Shown in pieces: positions 21,238 to 31,870 of a DNA stretch of 64,000 nt. Numbering within the stretch: position 1 is the first letter of the stretch; every line of letters starts with the position of its first letter. A model generated the notes under the pieces. It made no database searches and was not told the origin of the DNA. It saw nothing but the letters and a program-made list of their open reading frames with translations. The position numbers and the translations under genes were made by a program. Source of the stretch: a virus. The stretch spans positions 64,001-128,000 of IMG/VR virus record IMGVR_UViG_3300028920_000032; one strand, written 5' to 3'.

Positions 21238-22764
21238 GAATTAAATATGCATTTAAAGTCTAAACTTAATTATTATAATGTCATCTTCTTTTGGATCTCT
21301 TTTATAAGTAAAAGCTATTGCAAAAATTGGCTCTCCAATGGAGTCTAAATCCGGAGCGCACATAATAATTTTTGAGCTTCTTATAGAATTTGGCCATTTA
21401 GATGTTTCAATTTCTTTTAATGATTTCTCGATCATATCAACCACTGTTCTAAAAAACATATTTTCACTTTTAATACTAAAAATATCTTTATGATAAAATG
21501 TAGAGATTTTCAGTATCTGCTCGAATACTTCATCTAAGTCTGGATATTTTAGAGTCATCTTAGTATACCATTTTTTATTTACAGTTTGTGTTTTCGTCAT
21601 ATTCTATATTTTCAATACAATTGTTTTAAGTGTGGTATTTGGTGCTATCCTATAACGCACTGTATATCTAATAGTATTACTGTCAATAAAAGCTGGCAGT
21701 GTAAACCCAACAATCTCATACTCAATATTTTTATTATAGTATTTTAAATTTTCCATTACATCTTGTAGTTGACCTTTTATTTCACATAACAACATATTAG
21801 TAAGTGATTTATATAAATTCTCTCTTTTTATAATATTCATATAAGCAATTATTTCTACTGCTACATAGTCGCTATTACTATGGCGCAAACTTGCTTTTGT
21901 ACGTTCTTTTTTCATTAAATCATTGTGTTGATAATAATTATTAGGTATTAAACTCATTTTAGTCCTTGTTCATCTTCAACATCTTTTATGAATTGTCTCA
22001 TATATCCTTTTAGTTCTTCAAACTGTTCTTCACTGTATGATTTAATGTCATGACTAAACATATCACCACGTTTTTCGCTTTCTATCATTGCTTCTTTTGT
22101 TAGCTCAATGCACTTATCAATATCTTCTTTTAATTCTTTATAAGTAAATGCACGAACTGTACAAATCTCAAATATTTGTTTATTGCGTTCTATTGGATCA
22201 ATTTTTGAGTATGAAGCCCAGAATGTATACCAAACTGAACCACCCCATCTGCTATAACTCATTTCTTTTTCCTCTCTTAATGATATAGTGCATCACAATT
22301 TATGCGATACTCTCCATTTTCCCATAAAGATTTATGGTCTATTAAATCAGTAAGCTTTACTTTTTTACCATTTCTTTTTATTTGAGGTCGGAAATTTCCA
22401 TCGCCATCTGAGTAAAAGCAAACCCAGCGACTACCACCGACATTTCCCAAATGTTGCATTTGAGCAAATAAAGATTCTAATGCTAAAGCTTGAGCTTCAT
22501 CAATGTTGTCAAATTCAAATTTTACTTTCATATTAATCTCCTACACTTACTTCTTTTTCTTCATAATTATATATGTCATCATTATCAATCAGTTTGTCTA
22601 AAGCACCTTCAATTGCATTATCTATACGGTTGTTAACTTCGCGATCTATAAGAGGTGTGTCGATTTTTAATGTGATAGTAACTTTCCTCCAATTATTACA
22701 AATTTTCATGTTATTCTCCTATACACAAATATGTCATTATAAATTGAGATATAAGTTTTATAGA

Positions 22765-23211
22765 TTATTTATTTTCGTTTAACTTCTTTGCTTTTATTAA
22801 TAGAGGTTTCATATAACTATAGCAAATTTCTATAGCTTCTTCAAATGATATGAAAGCTGCATAGTCAATTTCATCTTTTTGTATATTAATTGCTTTCTTG
22901 TCAGACAGTTTGCCACCAGTATATTTTGCTAAAAATCCATGTACCGATTTGTCTTTTCTTGTGACTCTACCGACGTATTCAATTATTCGGCACTTGATTC
23001 CAGTTTCTTCTTGTGTTTCACGCAAAGCTGCTTCTTCAACTTTTTCACCAAAATTAACATGGCCTTTAGGGAAACCCATCTTTTTATTTTTCCAAGAAGA
23101 GCCAGTTGCATGCACCATAAGAACATGAGGTATACCATCAAAATCTTTAACGATAATACAGCCAGCTGAGACTTTTTTATTTATTCTGGCAAATACTTCA
23201 TCTAACTTCAT
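22765..23211 (-). CDS. Nudix hydrolase
   Basis: PKGHVNFGEKVEEAALRETQEETG Nudix box. Confidence 0.92.
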   Translation of the reverse strand: MKLDEVFARINKKVSAGCIIVKDFDGIPHVLMVHATGSSWKNKKMGFPKGHVNFGEKVEEAALRETQEETGIKCRIIEYVGRVTRKDKSVHGFLAKYTGGKLSDKKAINIQKDEIDYAAFISFEEAIEICYSYMKPLLIKAKKLNENK

Positions 23212-23594
23212 TTTACTACCTTAAATATTTGGTTGAGCATATTAAAAATCAACTTGTGCCTATTTTCATGTTTGCAAAATGTTATATTATTTTTGTTCTC
23301 ATATGCTTTTTTTACTATATCTGACCAAGTAAACCAACCATGCGTTCTTGGTAAAGAGCCTTTATATATTCGATAGTTAGGATCAATTTTAATTTCATTA
23401 AAAGTTTTTGACAACCTTACTTTTATACAATAGATATATTCTTTGTCTTTTCGTTGAATAAAATAATATTCAAAATCTACATCAGTTATATTATATCTAA
23501 AAGAATCACCAATTTTTAAATCTTTAAGAAACTTTGGAATAGTCATGTATTTATCTTACAACTTTATCTTAAAAAAAAGAATATAACAAGAATT

Positions 23595-25871
23595 TTAAGC
23601 CCGAATTATTTGTATTGCAGGTTTGTTGCCTACTTCGCTAGGCCAGCATAATTTCAGCCAATTAGAGTCATTCTTTATTGCAATCTTTACTAATTGACCT
23701 TTAGTAAATTTACCAATAATATCTTTTCTGTTTTGTTCTCCAAATGCAAATACACTGATAGCTTCTCTGAAGTCTGTTATAGTAATGAGAACATACTCAT
23801 TACCACTCTTTTTAGATTTTTTTATTTTTACATCATCTATATAAGCAGCTAATACCCAAAGCTTTTTATCTTGATCTCGATCAGATATTGTTTTAAGTCC
23901 ACAATATTTTGTACCTTCTAATATATCTTTAAAACCATGAAATGAATATTTGCAATATTCATATTCTATTTGTATTAACTGGTAAATTTCAGGCATATTC
24001 TTTTGAAATTCATCTAATTCTTTTTTTATTTTTTTATCCCAAGATGTACCGCCACTTTTTAATACCTTCTTACCTTTCTCGGCTAAGTACAACAACCACT
24101 TATAAGGCCTTTCTTCAATAGTATCATCAAAATCAGCAGCACCAGAAAATATACAACCTTTTACTACCGATTTGTTTATTTTATTTTTGACTGCTTTTTT
24201 TAAGAAATCTTCCCAATTTTTATATGGTCTATACTTTATAATTGATTCAGCTCCTTTGCCAGTGTCTTTAATATAAGAAAGTGCGAAGTATATTCCATCT
24301 TTATCAGACTCAAATAGTATACCAGATTTATTAATGTTTGGCCGATGAACTTTAATTCCAGCTTTATTAATAGAATTGATGTATTTTCCTAATGAAGATT
24401 GTCCATGTTTTTCCTGGCCTCTATCAATAGTATTTAAAGAAGCAGTCCAGAATTCAAGAGGATAATAACATTTTAAATAAGCTTGGACATAACCCATTAG
24501 AGAATAAGCATATGAGTGTGGCATATTAAATGCATATTTTGCTTGAAGCATTATTTGTTTCCACTGATCATCAGCATATTTAGTAGCTTCTTTAATATCC
24601 CATCCATCTTCTCTCATTATTTTAGGAACAGCAGCATCCATGTACATTGATTGATATTTTTCACATTCTTTCAACATAGCTTGTCTGTTAGTATCAGAAG
24701 TTTTTGCTTTACCTATCTTTCTAACTAATCTTCTTAATCGATCAGCTTCAAAAATTGAGAAGTCAGCTAATTCCATAGGCACTTGCATTAATTGTTCTTG
24801 ATATATCATTAAGCCTCTAGTGTGGTTATATACACTATGTAAACATTTAGGCTCTCGTCTTTCAAGTGGTGCCGTCACATAATCATCTACTTCAGCCGCT
24901 CCAGGGCGAATTAATGTACTTATATTACTGATATCTTGTAGAGACTGTGGCTTGATTCTCCTAACCGCCTCTACAAACACTTTAGATTCCATTTGAAATA
25001 TATTATCAAGTTGTAATGTGTTAATAAACTTATACACTTTAGGATCATCTTGTGGTAGTAAATAAATGTCTTTAGGTAAATTATTCTTGGGATATTTATG
25101 ATTAATTTCTTCAACACATAAACGAATTTGTTCTACACATGCAAGACCCAAGATATCAACTTTGATTACTCCAAGAGCTTCCAATTCTTTTATTGCGCCT
25201 GACTCTTGCCAACCAGTAACATAACCTTTGTTTGCACGAATTATAGGAATGATATCAGTAAGATCGTCAGACGAAACGACGAAACCTCCTGCATGTTGTC
25301 CTACATTTTTCTTCATGCCAGTTAATTTCGTAAGAGATCTAGCAACTTCAGGATGCTTCTTCAAGAAATTATCAACTTCTGGATATTTTTCTCTAATTTC
25401 TTCTTCAGATAAATCTTTGTCATCATCAGAAACTAATTTGCTAATTTTTAAATAAGCAAACGGTGAAATCCCATAAACACGAGAAATTTCTTGGACAGAG
25501 CCTTTAACACCTAATGTTCCATATGTTCCTATTGAAACACAATTATCTTCACCGAATTTTTCTTTTAGCCAGGCTTTAATAGAATCACGACCACTCGGGG
25601 AGAAATCACAATCGACATCTGCCATGTCTGCTAACTGCCAATGATGTTGTAGTTTATCAGGATATGGAGCTATAGATAATAAATAAAATGTTAAAATGTT
25701 TTCATAATTTTTTTCTATTGTTTTTTTGTTGTTAAAAATAGAACAAATTTTTGATAAATCATCAGACTGCATTTTTAAAGCTTTAAGCTCTTCATCTAAA
25801 TAAGATTTCTCTTCATCAGATAATTTTTCTCTCTTCTTGGCTAAAAATTGAATCAATTCTCTTTTCGTCAT
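23595..25871 (-). CDS. dnaE: DNA polymerase III alpha, C-terminal part (catalytic palm, fingers, HhH, OB)
   Basis: MADVDCDF, GQHAGG, KVDILGL, IFQMES, LIRPG, IYQEQ, YAFNMPHS.AY, YLKCYYP.EF. Confidence 0.92.
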   Translation of the reverse strand: MTKRELIQFLAKKREKLSDEEKSYLDEELKALKMQSDDLSKICSIFNNKKTIEKNYENILTFYLLSIAPYPDKLQHHWQLADMADVDCDFSPSGRDSIKAWLKEKFGEDNCVSIGTYGTLGVKGSVQEISRVYGISPFAYLKISKLVSDDDKDLSEEEIREKYPEVDNFLKKHPEVARSLTKLTGMKKNVGQHAGGFVVSSDDLTDIIPIIRANKGYVTGWQESGAIKELEALGVIKVDILGLACVEQIRLCVEEINHKYPKNNLPKDIYLLPQDDPKVYKFINTLQLDNIFQMESKVFVEAVRRIKPQSLQDISNISTLIRPGAAEVDDYVTAPLERREPKCLHSVYNHTRGLMIYQEQLMQVPMELADFSIFEADRLRRLVRKIGKAKTSDTNRQAMLKECEKYQSMYMDAAVPKIMREDGWDIKEATKYADDQWKQIMLQAKYAFNMPHSYAYSLMGYVQAYLKCYYPLEFWTASLNTIDRGQEKHGQSSLGKYINSINKAGIKVHRPNINKSGILFESDKDGIYFALSYIKDTGKGAESIIKYRPYKNWEDFLKKAVKNKINKSVVKGCIFSGAADFDDTIEERPYKWLLYLAEKGKKVLKSGGTSWDKKIKKELDEFQKNMPEIYQLIQIEYEYCKYSFHGFKDILEGTKYCGLKTISDRDQDKKLWVLAAYIDDVKIKKSKKSGNEYVLITITDFREAISVFAFGEQNRKDIIGKFTKGQLVKIAIKNDSNWLKLCWPSEVGNKPAIQIIRA

Positions 25872-26788
25872 AACCTTTTGTCCTTAGTTATAAACATGTG
25901 CTAACACATTCTTTTATAAAAGCTTGTCTATTTTCTTTGACAAGAAAAAGATTGCACCAATCAACATATAACTTAGCTTTCTCTTCATTCCAGAAACAAG
26001 CTATTGGTTTTATTGTTCCTCTCTCATAAACTAAATATCTACAACCAATTCTTGTTTTATATTCTTTAGTTTCATAATAATACTTATCCATCTAATTCCC
26101 CCTTATAATATTCCCCTTCCATGTTTTTGTAACCATTTAGGTATGTCTTTCCATGGTACCAAATTTGGTACTATTTCTTCAGTAGGTTGTTCTACTGTTA
26201 TATAACATAATGTAGAAACTTTTGCTAATTCATAAGCTTCAAAAAATTTCATGTTTGGATTGCTTTTCATTATCGCACTCAAACAAGAATTAGTATTTTT
26301 CTTTTCTTCTTTGTCATTGTTTTCGAACTTCATCATTGTTATATAATAACCATATTTATAAACTACTTCTAAAAATTTTTCTTTAACTTTTTGTATACCA
26401 TAGTTTTTATATATGCACTCAAGTTTATCAAGAATTCTATTTCTAGTATTTGAATGTTCTTTTACAAACAATCCATATGGCTGTTTTTTGTTTTTGTATA
26501 TATATTCAAAATAATTTTTTGTTACTAATAAAGATCTATTGCTTTCACATAAGCCCGATAAAGCGCCGGCACTTATTAATTGATGTCTTAATGCTGTAAG
26601 ACTAGTTTGATGCATCTCATGCTTATTGTCAATTCTAAATTTAAACAAAGTAAACCATCCTTCTATCGCACCTTTCCATTGAGAGTTTGCATATTCAACT
26701 AACTCATCATAGCTATATGAAGTTACTAACTTTTTTACAGTTTTTGAATTTATTTTTTTCATAATTGTTTTTTGTTTTATACTTTAAT

Positions 26789-26811
26789 AAAAAGGGTGGC
26801 ATTAGCCACCC
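26789..26811 (-). terminator. Intrinsic terminator
   Basis: GGGTGGC-TAAT-GCCACCC plus T-run. Confidence 0.75.
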
Positions 26812-26841
26812 ATAGAGGAGGTATATTATGGATGCATTAAC

Positions 26842-27090
26842 TCATACATCACCATTTTCATCAATTTTTTTGTCTTCATAAGGACCAAGTATCCTTCGTT
26901 CGATTTCTGTGGCACATTGTCTTAATTCTCCACAAAAGTTCTTTAGACTATTATAATTATGCTCTATAAAATATTTGGCATAATAGTAAAGTAAAAAATT
27001 TAAATCACCATTTGCTTTAATTTTAACTACTGCCATTTGCGTAGCAATTGAAACTAATTTATCTCTATCATTTTGTTTTATATAAGGCAT
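26842..27090 (-). CDS. Conserved small phage protein (MPYI..R family)
   Basis: MPYIKQNDR...GDLNF...EIERR..PYEDKK..NGDV; start revised to 27090. Confidence 0.65.
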   Translation of the reverse strand: MPYIKQNDRDKLVSIATQMAVVKIKANGDLNFLLYYYAKYFIEHNYNSLKNFCGELRQCATEIERRILGPYEDKKIDENGDV

Positions 27091-27247
27091 GTTTGTTCTC
27101 CTTAAAATACTTACAGTTTGTTGGACAATCACAATAGATCCATGATGTTATTGCACAATACCCTCGTGTTGTAAAATAATTAACACAATTATTACATGGA
27201 GGTTCGTCTCTCAACAGTCTTTTTGTTTCTTCTTTTACTAAATCCAT
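27068..27247 (-). CDS. TKxLLR-CxxC family small protein (not in track)
   Basis: MDLVKEETKRLLRDEPPCNNC. Confidence 0.6.
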   Translation of the reverse strand: MDLVKEETKRLLRDEPPCNNCVNYFTTRGYCAITSWIYCDCPTNCKYFKENKHALYKTK

Positions 27248-27405
27248 TTCTCTTCAAAGTAACGACAATTTTCTGTATGATCTGGAAAACTATAAGATGC
27301 GATTTTACAATAACTATACAAATAATAAAATTTACAATTTTTACATTTAAAAATCTGATTATCTCTAAGTAGCTCTTTAGTTTCTTCTTTAGTTGTTTTC
27401 TTCAT
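27238..27405 (-). CDS. TKxLLR-CxxC family small protein (not in track)
   Basis: MKKTTKEETKELLRDNQIFKCKNC. Confidence 0.6.
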   Translation of the reverse strand: MKKTTKEETKELLRDNQIFKCKNCKFYYLYSYCKIASYSFPDHTENCRYFEEKWI

Positions 27406-27816
27406 ATGCAACTATTTCCCATCTTTGTTTTTTATGCTTAGCAACCGATAAACAAATTTGTGTTAATGCGGCGCTAACAATTACTCCACTTATTATGAAT
27501 AATATTGTTATCATTTTTTCTTCCAAACTTTCTTGGCGCGGGCCACATAGTTAAGATCATAAGGATTAAAATTATTAGCCTTCTTCTTATTTTTTTTATC
27601 AGCTGTAAAAATTGCCGTTAATATGCAACTAACAATTATACTAGCTACTATACCAATTACTATTTTGACTGCAATCATCAATCATCTCCTTTCTTTAAAC
27701 TAAATGCATTTTTTATTGCAATTCTTGGGTGCCAACTTTTCTTACATGAAATAGTATCTTTGGCACAAAATTGACATAAATCAAAACTGAAGAATTTATC
27801 GCCACGTAATAAAGCT

Positions 27817-28377
27817 TTAGATTCTTCTCTTTTTCTTATTTTTTTGATTCTTGTTAGTACTACCAAAACCACCTTCATTTCTATAGTCATCTTGTTTCAT
27901 CCAATCATATAACTGTTCTTCATCAACTAATATTGGTTCACAACTTAATACTGGAATTAAAACTAATTGTACAATCTTCATTCCAGGCTTAATTAAAAAT
28001 TCTTCATCACTAACATTATGCATATCGATATGAATTTCACCACTATAAAATGTGTCAATTACTTGTGCACCTACTAGCAATTCGTTTTTAGATGCAACTC
28101 CTGATTTATTTAAGAATAAAGCCATGTAACCATATGGAACTTCAATTTTAATACCAGAAGGTATACATATATTTGAATTCGGATAAAGCACTATATACGA
28201 TTCATCACTATATGGATCATTACTCCAACTTAATGTATGGCGATCATCGTTTTTCTTTTTTAAGTCTTCAATAAATTTTTCAGTAAAGCCGGGAACAAAG
28301 AAATCTAATCCAGCATCAGTCGCATGTCCTCTTGATGGTTTTTTCACATTTCTTACTAATGAATATTTTAATAACAT
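27817..28377 (-). CDS. dut: Trimeric dUTPase
   Basis: DAGLD, KSG, VID..YSGEI, QLV, R..GGFGST. Confidence 0.92.
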   Translation of the reverse strand: MLLKYSLVRNVKKPSRGHATDAGLDFFVPGFTEKFIEDLKKKNDDRHTLSWSNDPYSDESYIVLYPNSNICIPSGIKIEVPYGYMALFLNKSGVASKNELLVGAQVIDTFYSGEIHIDMHNVSDEEFLIKPGMKIVQLVLIPVLSCEPILVDEEQLYDWMKQDDYRNEGGFGSTNKNQKNKKKRRI

Positions 28378-28979
28378 TTATTTCTCCTTATTTTTAAATT
28401 AATTCACCTATTTCTTTACTAATCTCTTCTAAGTTGTTTTCTAATTTTTTTAGCTTTTCTTGCAGAACTCTAATTTCTTCTTCTTTTTTATCATACTTAA
28501 ATTGTAAATCTGTTATTTTCTTAGCTTTGCTTATTAACTCTTTTGGTAGAACAAGATCTGTTAAAATATAATCTGGATCCCAGCTAGCTTCAGTTTCAAA
28601 ATCATCACTTTTGTCACTGTAAATTTTTACAATTGTAAGGCATAACTCACCTCCATCAATAACAGCTCCAACATACTCACCTGTTTTTAATTTTTTTGCT
28701 AACTTTTCGTCAAATTTTAACCATTCCATATTTTCCTCTTTTATTTTCTTTCAGTAAGATCAATTTGGTAACTTTTTCTTTTAGTTTTTTTATTCTTGTC
28801 ATTCTCAATATATGTTATGCTAGAAATTAAAATGGGTACATTTAAATCATTATTATTTAAAGTATTTGAATAACTAACAACTTTTACACTATTCTCTTTT
28901 ATCCAACTGTTTATTATTTCATCAGATTTTTTAATAGAAGATTTACTCTCAAAAACAAAATTTTTTACTAATATCATTT

Positions 28980-29537
28980 TCACCTCCCAGCAATATTTAA
29001 GCTTGCTAAAAACTTGTTGTTTACATCAATTTGCTTCACTGTTATATTATTATCTTTTAATATCTCTATTGCTTTATATCCCTCTTCTCGATCATATAAT
29101 GTATGATAATATACATGTTTTATTCCAGCGTGTATGACAGACTTTACGCAAAATAAACATGGAGAATATGTTGTATATATGCTTCCACCTTCTACTGAAA
29201 TTCCTTTTCTAGCACAATAAATTATTGCATTCATCTCAGCATGTAATTCATGTTCAATTGCCCAAGTGTGATGAACTTCTTTAAACGACCAATGATCTAA
29301 ATATTTTTTAAATGTTGGAAACAAACTATTTCTGGTTTCTTGTGGAATTTCTTTATATTGTTTAAGAAAGTGGTCATAACAATGTTCTTTGCCAGGAGCA
29401 TTTCCATTATAGCCAGTAGATACTGCTCGATTATCAACGGAGATTACAGCACCAGCTTTTACACGAGCACATGTAGATCTCTGCGCAAACAATAAAGCTG
29501 TTTGCATCAAAATTTCATGTATGCTTAGACGTTTCAT
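28980..29537 (-). CDS. dCMP deaminase
   Basis: RSTC, TGYNG, HAEMNA, PCLFC. Confidence 0.92.
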   Translation of the reverse strand: MKRLSIHEILMQTALLFAQRSTCARVKAGAVISVDNRAVSTGYNGNAPGKEHCYDHFLKQYKEIPQETRNSLFPTFKKYLDHWSFKEVHHTWAIEHELHAEMNAIIYCARKGISVEGGSIYTTYSPCLFCVKSVIHAGIKHVYYHTLYDREEGYKAIEILKDNNITVKQIDVNNKFLASLNIAGR

Positions 29538-29565
29538 ATATCCTCCTTTATATATAAATATGCAT

Positions 29566-29590
29566 AAAAAAAGGGTTACCGAAGTAACCC
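29566..29590 (-). terminator. Intrinsic terminator
   Basis: GGGTTAC-TTCG-GTAACCC plus T7. Confidence 0.85.
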
Positions 29591-29966
29591 TAAATTTATG
29601 ATTATAACTTTTAATGTCTTAAAACTCTTGGTATTTTAAGTGTGGTTAAAAAAGATGCTGGAATTGTGAGGTAAGCTGATCTTTCAATTTTTATGATTGT
29701 TTTATCGGCCATCTCTCTTTTCACTTTTTCTGTATCTTTAACATCTTTTCCAGTGGCATTAACAAACTTCATGTTTTCGACTAATTCTTTTTTAAGATCT
29801 GAGATATACATTTCCCATTTTCTGTTAAACATCTCTTCATTTTTAGTGTTCTTAAAAGACATTTTACACATTAGCCAAAATCTAGTTGTTGGAATTTCAT
29901 CTTTAATTATAAATGGTTCCTTCCAAACTATTGCCATAATTAATACCTCCTATATATATAGTAAGT

Positions 29967-30548
29967 CTATGTCGAAGCTTTTGCTGTTTTTAACCAATTT
30001 TTTAAGATCATTTTTAAAGTTGTAAAATTATTTAAAAAATTGGGTGATTTTCTCAGTACCCATTTTAGTACTCTAACAGTATTCTTTTTGTTAGGTTTTA
30101 GTTTCTTTCGTCTATGAGATGCATTATAATCATCATAAGCTTTTTTTAATAAACTTAACTCTTCTGGTTCTACTATCTCATTTAGCGGAGTACCTTCTCT
30201 TTTAAGTTGTATGTTTTCTGCCCAGTCTAATATTTTTTCTTGTTCAACAAATATTGTTGTCGCTTTATTTTGTCTTCTACGAATTTTTCTAAGTTTATAT
30301 GCGATTGCCAAAGATATCTGTTTCCAGAAAAATGAATAAGCTCTACCTTTTGTTGTAGTATATGAATCTTGATGCATGAAGCATTTATATAAAGCAAATT
30401 GAATATAATCATCTCGTTCTTTAAAATTTATACCTTTACGAGAAACTTGATGCTTGGCAATAGAGTATAGAAAATTATAAAATTTGTCACTTCTTTTACG
30501 ATCAATCCATGATTGATCCATTTCATCTTTATTTATGTTTAATGACAT
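29967..30548 (-). CDS. Sigma-factor region 2-like protein (T4 gp55-type minimal sigma)
   Basis: IAK...DDYIQFAL.KC....Y...KGRAYSFF...I..AI...LRK matches sigma region 2 pattern; no obvious region 4. Confidence 0.55.
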   Translation of the reverse strand: MSLNINKDEMDQSWIDRKRSDKFYNFLYSIAKHQVSRKGINFKERDDYIQFALYKCFMHQDSYTTTKGRAYSFFWKQISLAIAYKLRKIRRRQNKATTIFVEQEKILDWAENIQLKREGTPLNEIVEPEELSLLKKAYDDYNASHRRKKLKPNKKNTVRVLKWVLRKSPNFLNNFTTLKMILKNWLKTAKAST

Positions 30549-30574
30549 ATTGCCTCCTCAATTATATTATAAAT

Positions 30575-31870
30575 TTATTTCGATTTTTCATCTTCAATTA
30601 ATATTATTTGACCAAAGCCTGGCTTAAAATTGTTATTATTGACTACTGCCCATACAGTTGGAATATTATAGTGATTGATTCCTAGATCAAAATATCCATC
30701 AGTAAAATTTACTAGAATAACAGCATATTTTCTAAGATTGTTATAAACATAATCATATAAGTCTTGGCAGTCTGTACCACCACGACCTTGAACTTCTATC
30801 TTTTTCCAATCGCCTTTATTATAAGTGTAATGTCGTTGAACTTTAGTATCCCACTCAATAACAATTAGATTAGTAAAATCTTTTACTATTTTTTCAATCT
30901 GCCCAAAAAATTTTTGTAAATCATCATCATCAATACTTCCTGAAGTGTCTACTGAAACTAGTACTTTATTTGAAAGTTTCTTTATACCTGGGAGTGGTAG
31001 ATTTCTTCTATTTCTTTTTGCCCAACTATTCCTTTGTATGTTACCAGGTGAATTTACATATCTTGACAAACACATTCTAAGTTTTTGCTTCCATGGGATT
31101 CTTTTAGTTTTAATAAGATCTTCACATTTAGATTTTAAGTTTCCAGACATACTGCCCCATGATCTAGACTTAGCATGATTAACAGTTTCTTCAATAACCT
31201 GTTTGTCCATTTCGCTTAGCCGCTTATTCATCTGACCATGGTTATCTGTTGTATTAAGTTGTTTCTTCTTTTTATCTTTGCTTCCAGTACCACCACAACT
31301 TGGACATGTTTTGTTGTCTTTCATTCCAGTTCCACCACAATCTGGACAAGTGCTGTCGTTTTCTTCTTTTCCATTTCCACCTGCACCAGCTCCTTTTGAA
31401 TTAATAGATATCTGTTCAGCTTTAGACATGATAAAATCATATACAGGTTCAGAAATAGATTCTCCTTTATAACCCATCTCTTTCATCTGCTCCATAGTAA
31501 CAACACCTTTAAATAATTCTAATTGGCGACCGCCTATAGTAGAAGTGACTACAGTTTCGTTTATACATGCATCTTGTGCAACATTAAAAGCAAATATATG
31601 TCTGTCACCAACTCTTTCATGGAACTTATTAAGTATATGCATTATTTCATGTACTAATGTACCTTCTAATTGAAGAGAGCTTAGTTTTTCTATAAAATCA
31701 GGAGCATATGCTAAATGTATACGACCATTATGTATAGATACACCAGCAGTCCCTATTTCTGGCATTGGCTTATACTTAAACCTCAATAAGAATTCTGCAA
31801 AGAATGGACAATCTGACTGCCATCGTATACATATGTCGCTGATTTTTTCATGCATATTCCTAACTATCAT
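30575..31870 (-). CDS. HExxH metallopeptidase + CxxCxGxG zinc finger + VWA (DUF2201-like)
   Basis: TAGV, VHEIMH, NVAQDACIN, CPDCGGTG/CPSCGGTG, VDTSGS, GGGT, FTDG. Confidence 0.85.
   Translation of the reverse strand: MIVRNMHEKISDICIRWQSDCPFFAEFLLRFKYKPMPEIGTAGVSIHNGRIHLAYAPDFIEKLSSLQLEGTLVHEIMHILNKFHERVGDRHIFAFNVAQDACINETVVTSTIGGRQLELFKGVVTMEQMKEMGYKGESISEPVYDFIMSKAEQISINSKGAGAGGNGKEENDSTCPDCGGTGMKDNKTCPSCGGTGSKDKKKKQLNTTDNHGQMNKRLSEMDKQVIEETVNHAKSRSWGSMSGNLKSKCEDLIKTKRIPWKQKLRMCLSRYVNSPGNIQRNSWAKRNRRNLPLPGIKKLSNKVLVSVDTSGSIDDDDLQKFFGQIEKIVKDFTNLIVIEWDTKVQRHYTYNKGDWKKIEVQGRGGTDCQDLYDYVYNNLRKYAVILVNFTDGYFDLGINHYNIPTVWAVVNNNNFKPGFGQIILIEDEKSK

Noticed and set aside
18726-25871. Split intein in DnaE
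   Set aside because: No Cys-initiated IntN after FERFLNP and no HN-C/S junction in the C-part leader
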